In this document: positions 35,001-43,444 of the stretch, piece by piece
Numbering within the stretch: the first letter of the stretch is position 1
Layout of the letters: each line of letters starts with the position of its first letter
Origin: a virus
Taxonomy: Duplodnaviria > Caudoviricetes
Length of the DNA stretch: 44,023 bases
Direction: 5' to 3' (one strand)
IMG/VR virus record: IMGVR_UViG_3300017700_000404
Coordinates: 1-44,023 of that record
Translations under genes and position numbers: made by a program
The notes under the pieces: generated by a model
What the model was told of the DNA's origin: nothing
The model's database searches: none
What the model saw: only the letters and a program-made list of their open reading frames with translations

Positions 35001-37182
35001 CACTAAGCAAGATACTGAGAAGTTCTTCAAAGCCAAAGGTGACTACGATTTTGATCTGACTATCAATGAGCCTAGGATTAACTCAGAGCTTAAGCGTAGT
35101 GGTGCGCTCAGTAACTTCCAGCCTGAGGTGCGTCCTGAGAACCTAATCGAGGATTATCTTCGTTGGCATCAGAATCAAGCTGGCAGGCTGGTACGGGACT
35201 CCGTTGAAACTTACTATGCTCAGCAAGTAGCAGAGTTGAGAAAGTTAGGTGAGTCTTACGCTGACGTTGCTACCAGCCAGTTCGCGGGAACACTCAGAAA
35301 AACTAAAACTGAAATTGCCAATCCTATTGATGATTATGTCAAGACTGCACTAGATGTTAGCAAGCGCAGTGAGTATACCTTCCTGCATCAAGCTAATGAG
35401 TTTGTCGATGCGCTGGGAACCCGTGCCTACCAAGCTGTTAGTAGCGTCTTTGGTGATGCTCAGAAAGGTATGATTACTTGGACACAGGCTAATGCTCAGA
35501 TGGAAAAGATGGGCATCAAAGGAGTGTATAGTTCTCAGGAAGATTTCTTTGCTGCTAACGTTCCTCGTGACAGGAACATTGTGAAAGAGTATGTGAGTAA
35601 AGCGAATGCTTTCCTTGCTAATACTGTTCTGCGTCTTGACTTCTTCAACAGTATCGTCAACGTTGTTAGCACTCCTATGATGCTCGGCACTGAACTTGCT
35701 AGCATCAGGAACCTTATGGGGAGTGACCCCGCGCTGCTTGGGAAACTAAGCGAGCTTACTAGCATCAAGATCCCAGGTGCTGGTGGACTTGCTGTGCCTA
35801 GCACAACTAAGTTGATTGCTAATGCTGTTAGTAACTTCTTTGGCCCTGAGAAGGATGTACTGCTAGCTAGGTACATGGCTAATGGTGACGTGAAAGATAC
35901 TCTTGGTCAGCTGCACTCCATGCTGGATAACCTAGCAATGCGAGCTGACTTTAAAGTCTTCAGCGACAAAGTAAATAATGCATTTGAGATGGGTGCAAAA
36001 CTTACTTTGAATGAGCAAGCAGAACAGATGACGCGATTCATCAGTGCTGATGTGATGCGGCAGTTGTCTGATCCACTGGTAGAAGCAGGTAAACTCTCAC
36101 TGAAAGAACAGAATGCCTACATGTCAGTGTTCACCAACCGAGTGCAAGGCAATTACATCAGCAGCCAACGGCCGATTGTTTTTCAAGGTGTCCTTGGGTC
36201 AGCAGTTTCACTGTTCCAGACATACAGCTTCAACCTTATGCAGCAGTTACTCAGGCATGTCGAGAACAAAGACAAGCGAGCAGTTGCAACATTGTTTGGA
36301 ATGCAGGCCGGAACTTTCGGACTCAACGGAACTCCATTCTTTGAGGCAGTCAATACTCACATAATTGGCAATGCTAGTATTAACCAAGGGCACTATGATG
36401 CTTATAGCATTGCACCGCAGTTAATGGGCAAGGAGATGGGAGACTGGCTGATGTATGGAACTGCTAGTGCATTCCCTGCATTTGGTAACTCTTGGCCAGC
36501 ACTGTACACTCGTGGTGATATCAATCCACGCCATGCCAGTATTCTCCCTATCAGTCCTGCTGATATTCCAGCAATTGATGCTAGCATGAGAGTAGTTAAA
36601 AACTTCATGGATGTTGGTGGTAAGCTGGTGTCTGGAGCTGATGTAAGTCAGACGCTGTTGCAAGGCTTGGAGCACAATGGTATCAATAGGCCACTGGCTG
36701 GTTTTGCTCAGGTGCTGAACGGACAAGCCACGACTAGCAAAGGTAGTTTGATTTCTGCTAGCAATGATTTTAACATGGTTAGTAGTGCTGCTAGGATGAT
36801 GGGCGCTAAGCCTATGGATGAAGCCGTAGCACTGAATAACATGTATCGAGTGAAGGCTTATCAAGCAGCAGACCAAGAGCGTATGAGTTTCCTTGGCGAG
36901 AAGGTCAAGAGCTACTTGTACAAGAATGAGTTTCCACCAGATGATGTAATGGATAAATTCATGCTAGATTATGCGCGAGCTGGTGGGAGAGTAGAGAATT
37001 TCAACGGTGCGATGCAGCGATGGGCAAAAGATGCTAACATCAGCACCGTTGAAAAGATGCGCAGTAAGATGACTAGTACTTACGGGCAACGACTGAGTGA
37101 GATTATGGGTGGAGTGGGTCTGGAAGATTATCAGTCCCAGGTCCCACCTGAATTGTCGGCTCCAGAGAATCCAGTGCCTTAA
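32005..37182 (+). CDS. Large internal virion / DNA ejection protein (~1725 aa)
   Basis: Very long ORF ending the structural arm; ATG 32005 follows the previous stop. Confidence 0.75.
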   Translation: MSLFNSAMATAADTTSVQAGGQTIFEQAGDALTYGTGAAVLSGLGSIYNTAAAGINLLGGSVEEIDTYKKLQEIDTNWAEYYKQNETAVDVVGFIGSSFIPGTAAVKGLNMARAGSGAGAFGRALGFARTKQAEALDAALVELAAEGGTVFSRINKNKLAAIGWGFADQTLTAAAFETGVALTMKQSPLLADDSWWDIGKTALMGAAFGGVIGGSIDGLILNKSFKSAVKAIDSKQRNYDYASSLDGVSLDVGDKAFAIVNSLVDLPKDVLPADKILELSFHLAAGPAVRKVDISKILGNTLEGTKRSSLLDFETTLQQLSPDSTVTQSFAHFALDRFVKLRDTGATPTQIKDQLGDILFELKAVRAAVDEPMVAGQDLWYFKKAMSAEDLAKIENITDWEKAIRSNSPFAENAYKKPYVFLGSNEQRLQSFKDAAYIGREGDNGFKNLSEAWKSGKDVAFMPDGTLRVNDSSALWKRVDDPVYGSSRFINTRTGAITENTVLTAADRLAKGKSLDASALKKDAVYLPTQAGTKVIDMKKFRPDGDTEYFTARHAWASKLADKDLPDTIDVTDFSLMDRLRTRTLTGSEDGSDASPLITSGDRVLGTADEIGLVDVIKSAKLSEAQRLFMEAAEAGKELDVRAVAYQLNVDAQWLENAVASRFKESMAGTLDIGSKRIDPQQGIALDLNSYTRRENLIAEFSRPQQFRELDLITPEMTWQQKRNLIQESVAASGGQFVTGELAWGMRVREAVMLNRNAATAVLGSERAGQLIDLSQDAAKLADSTGVGASTFGSANANYGETLKLWAQDTGKHTHKWIQEEVDTVVTAMGSVSIKLRADPEAAAELGILTNLLRSSEDKYVWSSLTPKQLILKELKAVENDPVKYKAALDDATGNGKRAMIDVESDTAVEFLKTHTSLNSDRLNKRTVLNNAKGFQSNIDPDVVYVPPIDTTYFQHFAFVRPVQGKAFGTSEVSMVFGRNADELSKRIASVDRQNFDVITKQDTEKFFKAKGDYDFDLTINEPRINSELKRSGALSNFQPEVRPENLIEDYLRWHQNQAGRLVRDSVETYYAQQVAELRKLGESYADVATSQFAGTLRKTKTEIANPIDDYVKTALDVSKRSEYTFLHQANEFVDALGTRAYQAVSSVFGDAQKGMITWTQANAQMEKMGIKGVYSSQEDFFAANVPRDRNIVKEYVSKANAFLANTVLRLDFFNSIVNVVSTPMMLGTELASIRNLMGSDPALLGKLSELTSIKIPGAGGLAVPSTTKLIANAVSNFFGPEKDVLLARYMANGDVKDTLGQLHSMLDNLAMRADFKVFSDKVNNAFEMGAKLTLNEQAEQMTRFISADVMRQLSDPLVEAGKLSLKEQNAYMSVFTNRVQGNYISSQRPIVFQGVLGSAVSLFQTYSFNLMQQLLRHVENKDKRAVATLFGMQAGTFGLNGTPFFEAVNTHIIGNASINQGHYDAYSIAPQLMGKEMGDWLMYGTASAFPAFGNSWPALYTRGDINPRHASILPISPADIPAIDASMRVVKNFMDVGGKLVSGADVSQTLLQGLEHNGINRPLAGFAQVLNGQATTSKGSLISASNDFNMVSSAARMMGAKPMDEAVALNNMYRVKAYQAADQERMSFLGEKVKSYLYKNEFPPDDVMDKFMLDYARAGGRVENFNGAMQRWAKDANISTVEKMRSKMTSTYGQRLSEIMGGVGLEDYQSQVPPELSAPENPVP

Positions 37183-37720
37183 CTGCTGCTTTGCTCAGTC
37201 CTGCCATGTCGTCAGTTCCAGCAACTGCTGCGGCTGGCAGATTGATAGCAGTGGCTTTGCCTTGTTGTTTTAACGTGCGCGCGTACACGTCAGTAGCTTC
37301 AGCAGCTTGTTCCTGTCGCTTATCAGCGCGAGCAATAGCAGCAGCATCGCTGTAGCCATCAGCGTATCGCTTGCCTAGCTTAGCTACATTAGCAGCGAGT
37401 ACTTCTTTCCTGCTCACTCCCAGCAACTGACGCATACCTGCCATATAGAACTCCAAGTCACCGAGTTCTTCAATGATGTTATCTATATCAAGTGGCTTGT
37501 CATAGATGACTTTCTTCTTGATAGCATCGACAATCTCACCAGCTTCTCCAGCAATGCCGAGAACCATATGAGCAAGATTGTTGTCACGACCGCCCATTTC
37601 TTTAACCAAGTTGCATACGAATTCTTCGTAAGTAACTGCAATGGTTTCTACATGTCCACCGGGGAAGACAGTAGTTTGAAACTGGGTAGTTTCTGTGAGG
37701 TCTGTGTTGCAATGAATCAT
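37103..37720 (-). CDS. MazG-like nucleotide pyrophosphohydrolase
   Basis: LGIAGEAGEIVDAIKK...IEELGDLEFY...NVAKLGKRY. Confidence 0.9.
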   Translation of the reverse strand: MIHCNTDLTETTQFQTTVFPGGHVETIAVTYEEFVCNLVKEMGGRDNNLAHMVLGIAGEAGEIVDAIKKKVIYDKPLDIDNIIEELGDLEFYMAGMRQLLGVSRKEVLAANVAKLGKRYADGYSDAAAIARADKRQEQAAEATDVYARTLKQQGKATAINLPAAAVAGTDDMAGLSKAAVKALDSLEPTIQVGPGTDNLPDPLHP

Positions 37721-37950
37721 TCTGATCTACTCCTGTAAGGTTGTTGAATCTTTCCTACTGTCACTAAGTCTGCCAGTTCTTTCATGGCTGGACCTATATT
37801 AGGCTCAAGGTTACTACCTTGCTGCACTAATTTCTTGAAGGCTGCTACATCAGCATCGCCAATAATACTGATAATAATAGCAGGCTCTTCTGTTACTTTC
37901 TCATGGTAATTAAGTCTTAAATTTGTGTAGTTAACTACTTGAACTGTCAT
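37717..37950 (-). CDS. Hypothetical protein
   Basis: ATGA-coupled on both sides. Confidence 0.7.
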   Translation of the reverse strand: MTVQVVNYTNLRLNYHEKVTEEPAIIISIIGDADVAAFKKLVQQGSNLEPNIGPAMKELADLVTVGKIQQPYRSRSE

Positions 37951-39266
37951 GATGGTTTACTTTCTACTAGCAAGTTGAAATTAACATGTCGTGCTGTTTC
38001 ATCGGGAGCTTGCTGAATTGGTACGAACTTCTTCTGCTCCTTAAGATGCTTAATCTTACCAGCAGCTTCCAAGCCGTTCAGTATCTCAGGTAACTTGTCC
38101 CTGCCGTCAATATCACGGCGCACCAAGCTGAAAAGTTTCTCAAATCCAAGCGGCTCAGAACTTCCAAGCAAGGCACTCATAATTGTCTGCACTGCTTCTG
38201 AGTTCCTGTTCTTACCAAACTCGCCTAGCGCCTTGTCCATATCTTTCTCAGTCCAAGTAAGTATGGTGTTCGCTAGTACTACATCTTCCTTAGTTATCTC
38301 AGTGCTGACTCGCATCGCGGCAGTAATCAGACAAAGTTTATACAAGTGAGTCTGTCGACGAGTGCTGTAACTCTTGAAGCGGTAGTCCTCTAGATCTTTC
38401 CATGTCCGGTAGATGGTATCTAGCGCTTGCTTAGCATCCTGACTGAGAGTAGCAGCGCCGTTCACTTTCTCCTTTATCGCATGTAACTTCTCGCCAATTG
38501 CAACTGCAGTTCGCTCATCTGGGACTGTAGGAAATGTAATCTTTCTACCACTAGGTTCTGAATAAACGAGGATAAGGCGCGACAGAAATCCTTGTCCAAT
38601 TGCTGCTGCTGGAAACGCCAACTGAAATCCGGCATGGGTGTTTCCAGATATAAGGCTGATGGTAGGTTGATAGATACTGATAGATTTGGAATTTTTAAAG
38701 CGATGCTTATAAGTAGCGCTCTCATCATCCCAGTCCCAGAGCTGTCCAAGCATAGAAAGGAAATCAAGATTTCCGCTGCCGGCAAACTCGTTGAACTCAT
38801 CTGCAGTGATAAAGATTTCTCTCGGAATCCCGTCATGGCTACTGTCGCTTGTTCCGAACTCAAGAGACTTGAGAACATCATTAGCATTGAGTGTTCTAGT
38901 TCTATTAGCCGATCCTCTTCCCATGTTCTCAGTGTCATCATCAGCTCCTTCTAAGTCTAGGAGAAACTTCTCCTTGGTTGTTTTCTCAGCAGCAAAAGTA
39001 TCGTAACCAGCAGAGCTAAGCAGTCTCCGACTAGTCTTGATAGCACTGGATTTCCGTGCTCCAGGATTACCTATCAGCATGACATACTGATTAGGGAAGA
39101 TTCTGTTGCTGCCGAACGGCATCCAAAACTTTCTCCCCATCAACGCACCTACTGCTGCTATGAGACTCCAACGATGGTAGATTGTTGGGCTCTCTGTGTC
39201 CTTGACATAATCAAAGTACAGACTGAATAAGTCTTTGTTGTTCGCATGGCTCACCGCCTTCTCCAA
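37947..39266 (-). CDS. DUF3987-like P-loop ATPase (putative replicative helicase) with C-terminal winged helix
   Basis: ESPTIYHRW, PNQYVMLIGNPGARKSSAI, ADEF, GQGFLSRLILVY; start may be GTG ~39254. Confidence 0.75.
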   Translation of the reverse strand: MEKAVSHANNKDLFSLYFDYVKDTESPTIYHRWSLIAAVGALMGRKFWMPFGSNRIFPNQYVMLIGNPGARKSSAIKTSRRLLSSAGYDTFAAEKTTKEKFLLDLEGADDDTENMGRGSANRTRTLNANDVLKSLEFGTSDSSHDGIPREIFITADEFNEFAGSGNLDFLSMLGQLWDWDDESATYKHRFKNSKSISIYQPTISLISGNTHAGFQLAFPAAAIGQGFLSRLILVYSEPSGRKITFPTVPDERTAVAIGEKLHAIKEKVNGAATLSQDAKQALDTIYRTWKDLEDYRFKSYSTRRQTHLYKLCLITAAMRVSTEITKEDVVLANTILTWTEKDMDKALGEFGKNRNSEAVQTIMSALLGSSEPLGFEKLFSLVRRDIDGRDKLPEILNGLEAAGKIKHLKEQKKFVPIQQAPDETARHVNFNLLVESKPS

Positions 39267-39462
39267 AGTTATAGGTCTATTAGTTCTTAGTTCTTTGTGA
39301 GTATCTTATAGTGCAGCTGTCGTGTCTTCTTATTAATATATGTCACTTCTATTCTCTGTTGATTCGGAAATTGTCCTAGCACCATGATCTGTCCCACGTG
39401 CTGAGACAATGGAATGTGTTCTGGTACTGTGAACTGGTACGTAGGATTAGCAGGAGTACGTC

Positions 39463-39735
39463 TCATGGTACTAATCCCAGTTTCTTATTCTTCTTGCTTG
39501 GGAGTGTGCGCTGTGCTGCAAGATTGCGGTCAATCATAGTATCTATCAATCGTACCATTTGGTCTATTTGAATCCACTCTTCTTTGTAAGCAGTGCAGCC
39601 GCGAGCGAAGTACAAATTAGCACGAGTGCGATACAGCGTACCTAGTGCTTGCCACTGACGCTGCTGTAATCGCTGAACTGGGCTGTGCTTAGTTCTATCA
39701 GGCCAGTGCTCCAAAGGAGTTGCTCGTTCAATCAT
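39463..39735 (-). CDS. Hypothetical protein
   Basis: ATGA-coupled to the polymerase. Confidence 0.65.
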   Translation of the reverse strand: MIERATPLEHWPDRTKHSPVQRLQQRQWQALGTLYRTRANLYFARGCTAYKEEWIQIDQMVRLIDTMIDRNLAAQRTLPSKKNKKLGLVP

Positions 39736-42068
39736 TTCAATTCACTCCACCGTACTTTACCAGCAGATATATCACTTGGGATAAACATACTACGGCTGAC
39801 GCCAGTAGAATCCCGCACAGAAATCCTTGTGTCCATGAACTCAGAACGTATGAGTTCTGGAATATGCTTATACGCTTCTCCATCACGGTACTGGAAGAAA
39901 TTGGAATCGTGGATCTGGGCTTTGATTCTGACAATTCCTCTGAGGTCAATGTCTTTAAGAACTCGCTGCTGTACAATCCTATCTCTCGCTGTAAACCATC
40001 CGCGCTGAATTTCCTCTGTTGCGAGCTTGTAGTAGTTTCCATGAATCTGACTTCTCCAAATATTATAGAACTCTAGGTTGATAAGAGCAACTGACAAATT
40101 CTGTGGTGGGTGTGCTACTGCTGCATTCAGTGCCAGCTTGTTCATCTTGTTAGGCTTACCGAAGATAATACGAACCCAGCCAAGTGCGCTAGTAAGACGA
40201 CCTGTTACTTCCACTTCCTTGATGATGCTATCGTACCAAGCACCTTTGACTCGTGGGTAGGTAGCACTGTAGCGGTCTAGCAAGAACTGGCAGACGTCTA
40301 TCAAAGACTTCCGCAGCTTTAGCTTGATCTTAGCAATACTCACATTCTTAGGGCCCATGGTGTTAAGCATCATCCATGCACCCATGTTGTAATTAGCCCC
40401 GTGATTGGTACGCTTAGCTAAATCACGGATAACTTTGTCGAGCTGCTTTCCATTGGCTTCGTCGTAGATTTTGTCATAATCAATGCCAAAGAAAGCAGCA
40501 GCATTCCAACTATGGTAATCGTGAGGACTTTCCACCAGTTCAATGAGGGCTTCTTCTCCTGATAGATATCCAACACAGCGAGCTTCGGATTGAGCCTTGT
40601 CAATTTCAGCGAGTAGCCATCCGGTATCTGACACCAGAAATTGTTTAACAGCATCCCCTCGTGGGATGTTCTGTATTTGAAGTCCACACCAGAAACTAGA
40701 CTCGCTGCTTGCGAGCCTACCAGTATCTGTACCGGCTGGATTGAGCTTGTAGTAGCATCGTCCATTCCAGAATTTTTCTGGTTTGAAGTAAGTGCTGACA
40801 AGCTTTCGAGCTTTACGTATTGCTGTGACTTCACCTAAGATTCTCCCGTTAAAGGCAGTACTTGCCTGAGCTTTCAACATGCTAGCAGCTGCAGTATCTG
40901 GCAAGCTACCAACCCCAAGAACAGTAAAGAGTTTCTTAACTTGCTGTGAGCTGTTGACATTGAAGCCTGGAGCTGCAATCATAGTCTGGAAGTCAATAGT
41001 TTTTTGTTCTACTTCATTCTCTTTCGCTAGCTTCACAGTAGCCAGTCGCTCCATATCTACCTTGATACCTTCAAGTTCACAAGTAAGGCAAGGAAAGACA
41101 AGAGGAAACTCAGCAACATAGTTGTTAAAGACATACTCAGGAACTTCGCTAAGCATGGATAAGTAGCTATTCAATGTGGCCCAGCAGTCTTTAGCATTGT
41201 AACGGTAGTAGTCTTCTAAGCTACCAGTCTTGCCATCGTCTTTCCAATAGCGCACATCGCGTACACAGTAGGCAGTAATAAAATCAAGGCGCTTAGGATA
41301 CTCAGAGTACCAACTATGAAACATATGCTGAGTATCATGTAGCCAATTGTGGACAATAATATTCCAACGCAAGAGATACAAGTTGTCATAAAGCCCATTT
41401 TGAAAGATCTTTCCTTGAGGCAGTGAGCAGAATTTTTGTATCCAATGGTGCTGCATCATGTCATTGACAGGGATAACTATGCATTCACTAGTATTAGTAT
41501 GGGGAAAATAAGCGCTGAATCCAACACAGCTAATGCGGCGCAGCGGGTCATCCCTAATAGTTTCAATGTCGATACTAATGATAGCAGCTTTGGCAAACCA
41601 GTAATCATATCGCTCAGCAACTGTTGCTATGTTGTACAGCTCCCAAGTGAATGGCGTCTGCTTCCACCATTTATGCGGCTGTGTTAGTTTGCTAATGAAT
41701 CGCTTCGCTGCTGGTGTAGCATGTGCTTGTGTTACCAGATTCCTGAGGGGATTCAGAAATACAACTTCTATCCCTTCGCGGGGAGTCTTGAGAATACTTC
41801 CTTGATAGTCATCAAGAGTAACTCCCACCTTCTTCGTAGGCATAGTGAAGTCTGACTGAGCAAGCAACAGCTTCTCAAGGAAGGGCTGACTAGTGCAAAC
41901 GACACCATCAATCTTATGAGCCTTGCACTGGAACTCCAGTTCGGCAATAGTACTTGGCAGCGAGAGTCGCTGCTTCCATGCTACTTGCTGGCCAGCTGCT
42001 GCATTGTTCAAGCGCCAGCTGTATTCTTCTTCACCAGCAGTACCCAAGTGTAGGAGTCTAGTTGTCAT
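39732..42068 (-). CDS. polA: Family A DNA polymerase with 3'-5' exonuclease
   Basis: Exo I IDIET, Exo II QNGLYD, Exo III YNAKD; TGRLASS, QNIP; motif A DKAQSEAR, motif B RDLAKRTNHGANY, motif C QIHDS. Confidence 0.95.
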   Translation of the reverse strand: MTTRLLHLGTAGEEEYSWRLNNAAAGQQVAWKQRLSLPSTIAELEFQCKAHKIDGVVCTSQPFLEKLLLAQSDFTMPTKKVGVTLDDYQGSILKTPREGIEVVFLNPLRNLVTQAHATPAAKRFISKLTQPHKWWKQTPFTWELYNIATVAERYDYWFAKAAIISIDIETIRDDPLRRISCVGFSAYFPHTNTSECIVIPVNDMMQHHWIQKFCSLPQGKIFQNGLYDNLYLLRWNIIVHNWLHDTQHMFHSWYSEYPKRLDFITAYCVRDVRYWKDDGKTGSLEDYYRYNAKDCWATLNSYLSMLSEVPEYVFNNYVAEFPLVFPCLTCELEGIKVDMERLATVKLAKENEVEQKTIDFQTMIAAPGFNVNSSQQVKKLFTVLGVGSLPDTAAASMLKAQASTAFNGRILGEVTAIRKARKLVSTYFKPEKFWNGRCYYKLNPAGTDTGRLASSESSFWCGLQIQNIPRGDAVKQFLVSDTGWLLAEIDKAQSEARCVGYLSGEEALIELVESPHDYHSWNAAAFFGIDYDKIYDEANGKQLDKVIRDLAKRTNHGANYNMGAWMMLNTMGPKNVSIAKIKLKLRKSLIDVCQFLLDRYSATYPRVKGAWYDSIIKEVEVTGRLTSALGWVRIIFGKPNKMNKLALNAAVAHPPQNLSVALINLEFYNIWRSQIHGNYYKLATEEIQRGWFTARDRIVQQRVLKDIDLRGIVRIKAQIHDSNFFQYRDGEAYKHIPELIRSEFMDTRISVRDSTGVSRSMFIPSDISAGKVRWSELK

Positions 42069-42364
42069 TCTTCTACTCTAGGTACGTAGATACCACGTTG
42101 CAAGTTAAACAAAGGAGCGTCTCCATTTGGCATGAGTCTAGTTATCAAAGCAGCAAAACTCTTACGAGCTAGCTCTTCTGGAATGATTGCAGAGTTGCCA
42201 TAGAATATAGCACGTTCTATATCAGCAGCATGTAGCGCAGCCATCTTATCTATTAAGATAATCTCCTGACTTGGTACTACTATTTTCATGAGGCTCTCAC
42301 TACGAACAATGGCCGGAGCCATCGCCGTAGCAAGAATTCCATGAAGGAATCCACGACGGTTCAT
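42065..42364 (-). CDS. Tat-signal-like small protein containing two major-capsid-derived segments
   Basis: NRRGFL followed by a hydrophobic stretch; residues 42-88 match MCP 191-205 and 6-37; ATGA-coupled on both sides. Confidence 0.85.
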   Translation of the reverse strand: MNRRGFLHGILATAMAPAIVRSESLMKIVVPSQEIILIDKMAALHAADIERAIFYGNSAIIPEELARKSFAALITRLMPNGDAPLFNLQRGIYVPRVEE

Positions 42365-42588
42365 TTCTTATCCTTCTTAGCAATAGCACTTGCTGCTTTG
42401 TACTTCATTGTCCTCGCCCTGCCACGAGTAATTCCCTCGTCAGAAACTAACTGACCTGTCGGGAGTTTCTTGTAGTTGTCGGCAGCATCCCTGCACATGT
42501 ACGGAGACAGCTTAGCTCTCTTAGCTTCAGCTTTCTGCCGTGCTTTGAATGCAGCAAAGTCCTCATCAGGACGGCGAGTAGCACTCAT
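42361..42588 (-). CDS. Hypothetical basic protein
   Basis: ATGA-coupled. Confidence 0.7.
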   Translation of the reverse strand: MSATRRPDEDFAAFKARQKAEAKRAKLSPYMCRDAADNYKKLPTGQLVSDEGITRGRARTMKYKAASAIAKKDKK

Positions 42589-42779
42589 GACAGCTGGTAG
42601 CCTTCTTCTTCTGCAATCTCTACTGGATTGTTGCGACTGGTTTCCATGTTAGTCTCAGTGTCAATCACAGCTACTCCATGCTGCTGACCTGCCGCATCAG
42701 CTACCTTCTTGTCATTAGTTCCAGTCACTGCAGAGAACTCTTCAATGGGGACGATGATGTAATAACGAAACTTAGCCAT
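42585..42779 (-). CDS. Hypothetical protein
   Basis: AAGGA RBS. Confidence 0.7.
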   Translation of the reverse strand: MAKFRYYIIVPIEEFSAVTGTNDKKVADAAGQQHGVAVIDTETNMETSRNNPVEIAEEEGYQLS

Positions 42780-42898
42780 GATATTTCCTTGCGTGTCTGA
42801 GAGTTATTAAGTGATCTATTCGGAACTGGTACGATCAACCCCAGTAGCTTGCCCGAAGGGTAGTCCTAACACAAACCACTACACCGCTAACTTGCTAC

Positions 42899-43354
42899 TT
42901 ATGCAACAGAGACATTGCGAATGTCAGGGTAGACTTTCTCTTTGTCATCTTTGTCAGCACGATGCTTCATAGTAGCAGCAATGCGGCAGTTCTGCACCTT
43001 GTCGCGCACCAGTTCCTGGATGCTACGAGTGCCGTAGTGCTCAGCAAAGGGTGCCAAGAACTGCTTCAGCTTACCTTCGGAGATATTATTCCCCAGAATG
43101 AAAGCGATGTTGAACTTGGTACCAACTGCTACTTCCTTGTCGTCTGCATCTTCCAGTTCCACAGTTTCAACAACAGTGAAGTCAGCAGAGACTGCTGGTT
43201 TCTTGTTGATCTCTTTCGTGCTCATGGACACGTCGAGAATGTAAGCACCCTTGGGAGGTGTCTCGAAACTGGGAAGGTCTGCAATGTCATCAAGACTACC
43301 TGCGAACAGTTCATCAAGATTTGCAAACTTGGCTTCGTTGTCAGTGTTACTCAT
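42899..43354 (-). CDS. Putative ssDNA-binding protein (DUF669-like OB fold)
   Basis: FETPPKGAYILDV pattern; lies near the Sak4-like ATPase; TAAGGA RBS supports ATG 43354. Confidence 0.6.
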   Translation of the reverse strand: MSNTDNEAKFANLDELFAGSLDDIADLPSFETPPKGAYILDVSMSTKEINKKPAVSADFTVVETVELEDADDKEVAVGTKFNIAFILGNNISEGKLKQFLAPFAEHYGTRSIQELVRDKVQNCRIAATMKHRADKDDKEKVYPDIRNVSVA

Positions 43355-43444
43355 GAGAATTTTCCTTAATGATAATGGAATGAATGTTAATAAACAAATT
43401 GGTGCTTGCTGCAATCAGCCCGGCACTCCGCGGATTGGCAGCAG

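Noticed and set aside
39935-40050. Extra segment between PolA motifs B and C as an intein or intron
   Set aside because: Only ~30-35 aa, in frame, with no intein terminal residues or endonuclease motifs
42781-42898. Possible structured RNA (CC-TTCG-GG, TGATC/GATCA), and a hairpin at ~43405-43445
   Set aside because: Stems are short or isolated and cannot be distinguished from chance without covariation data
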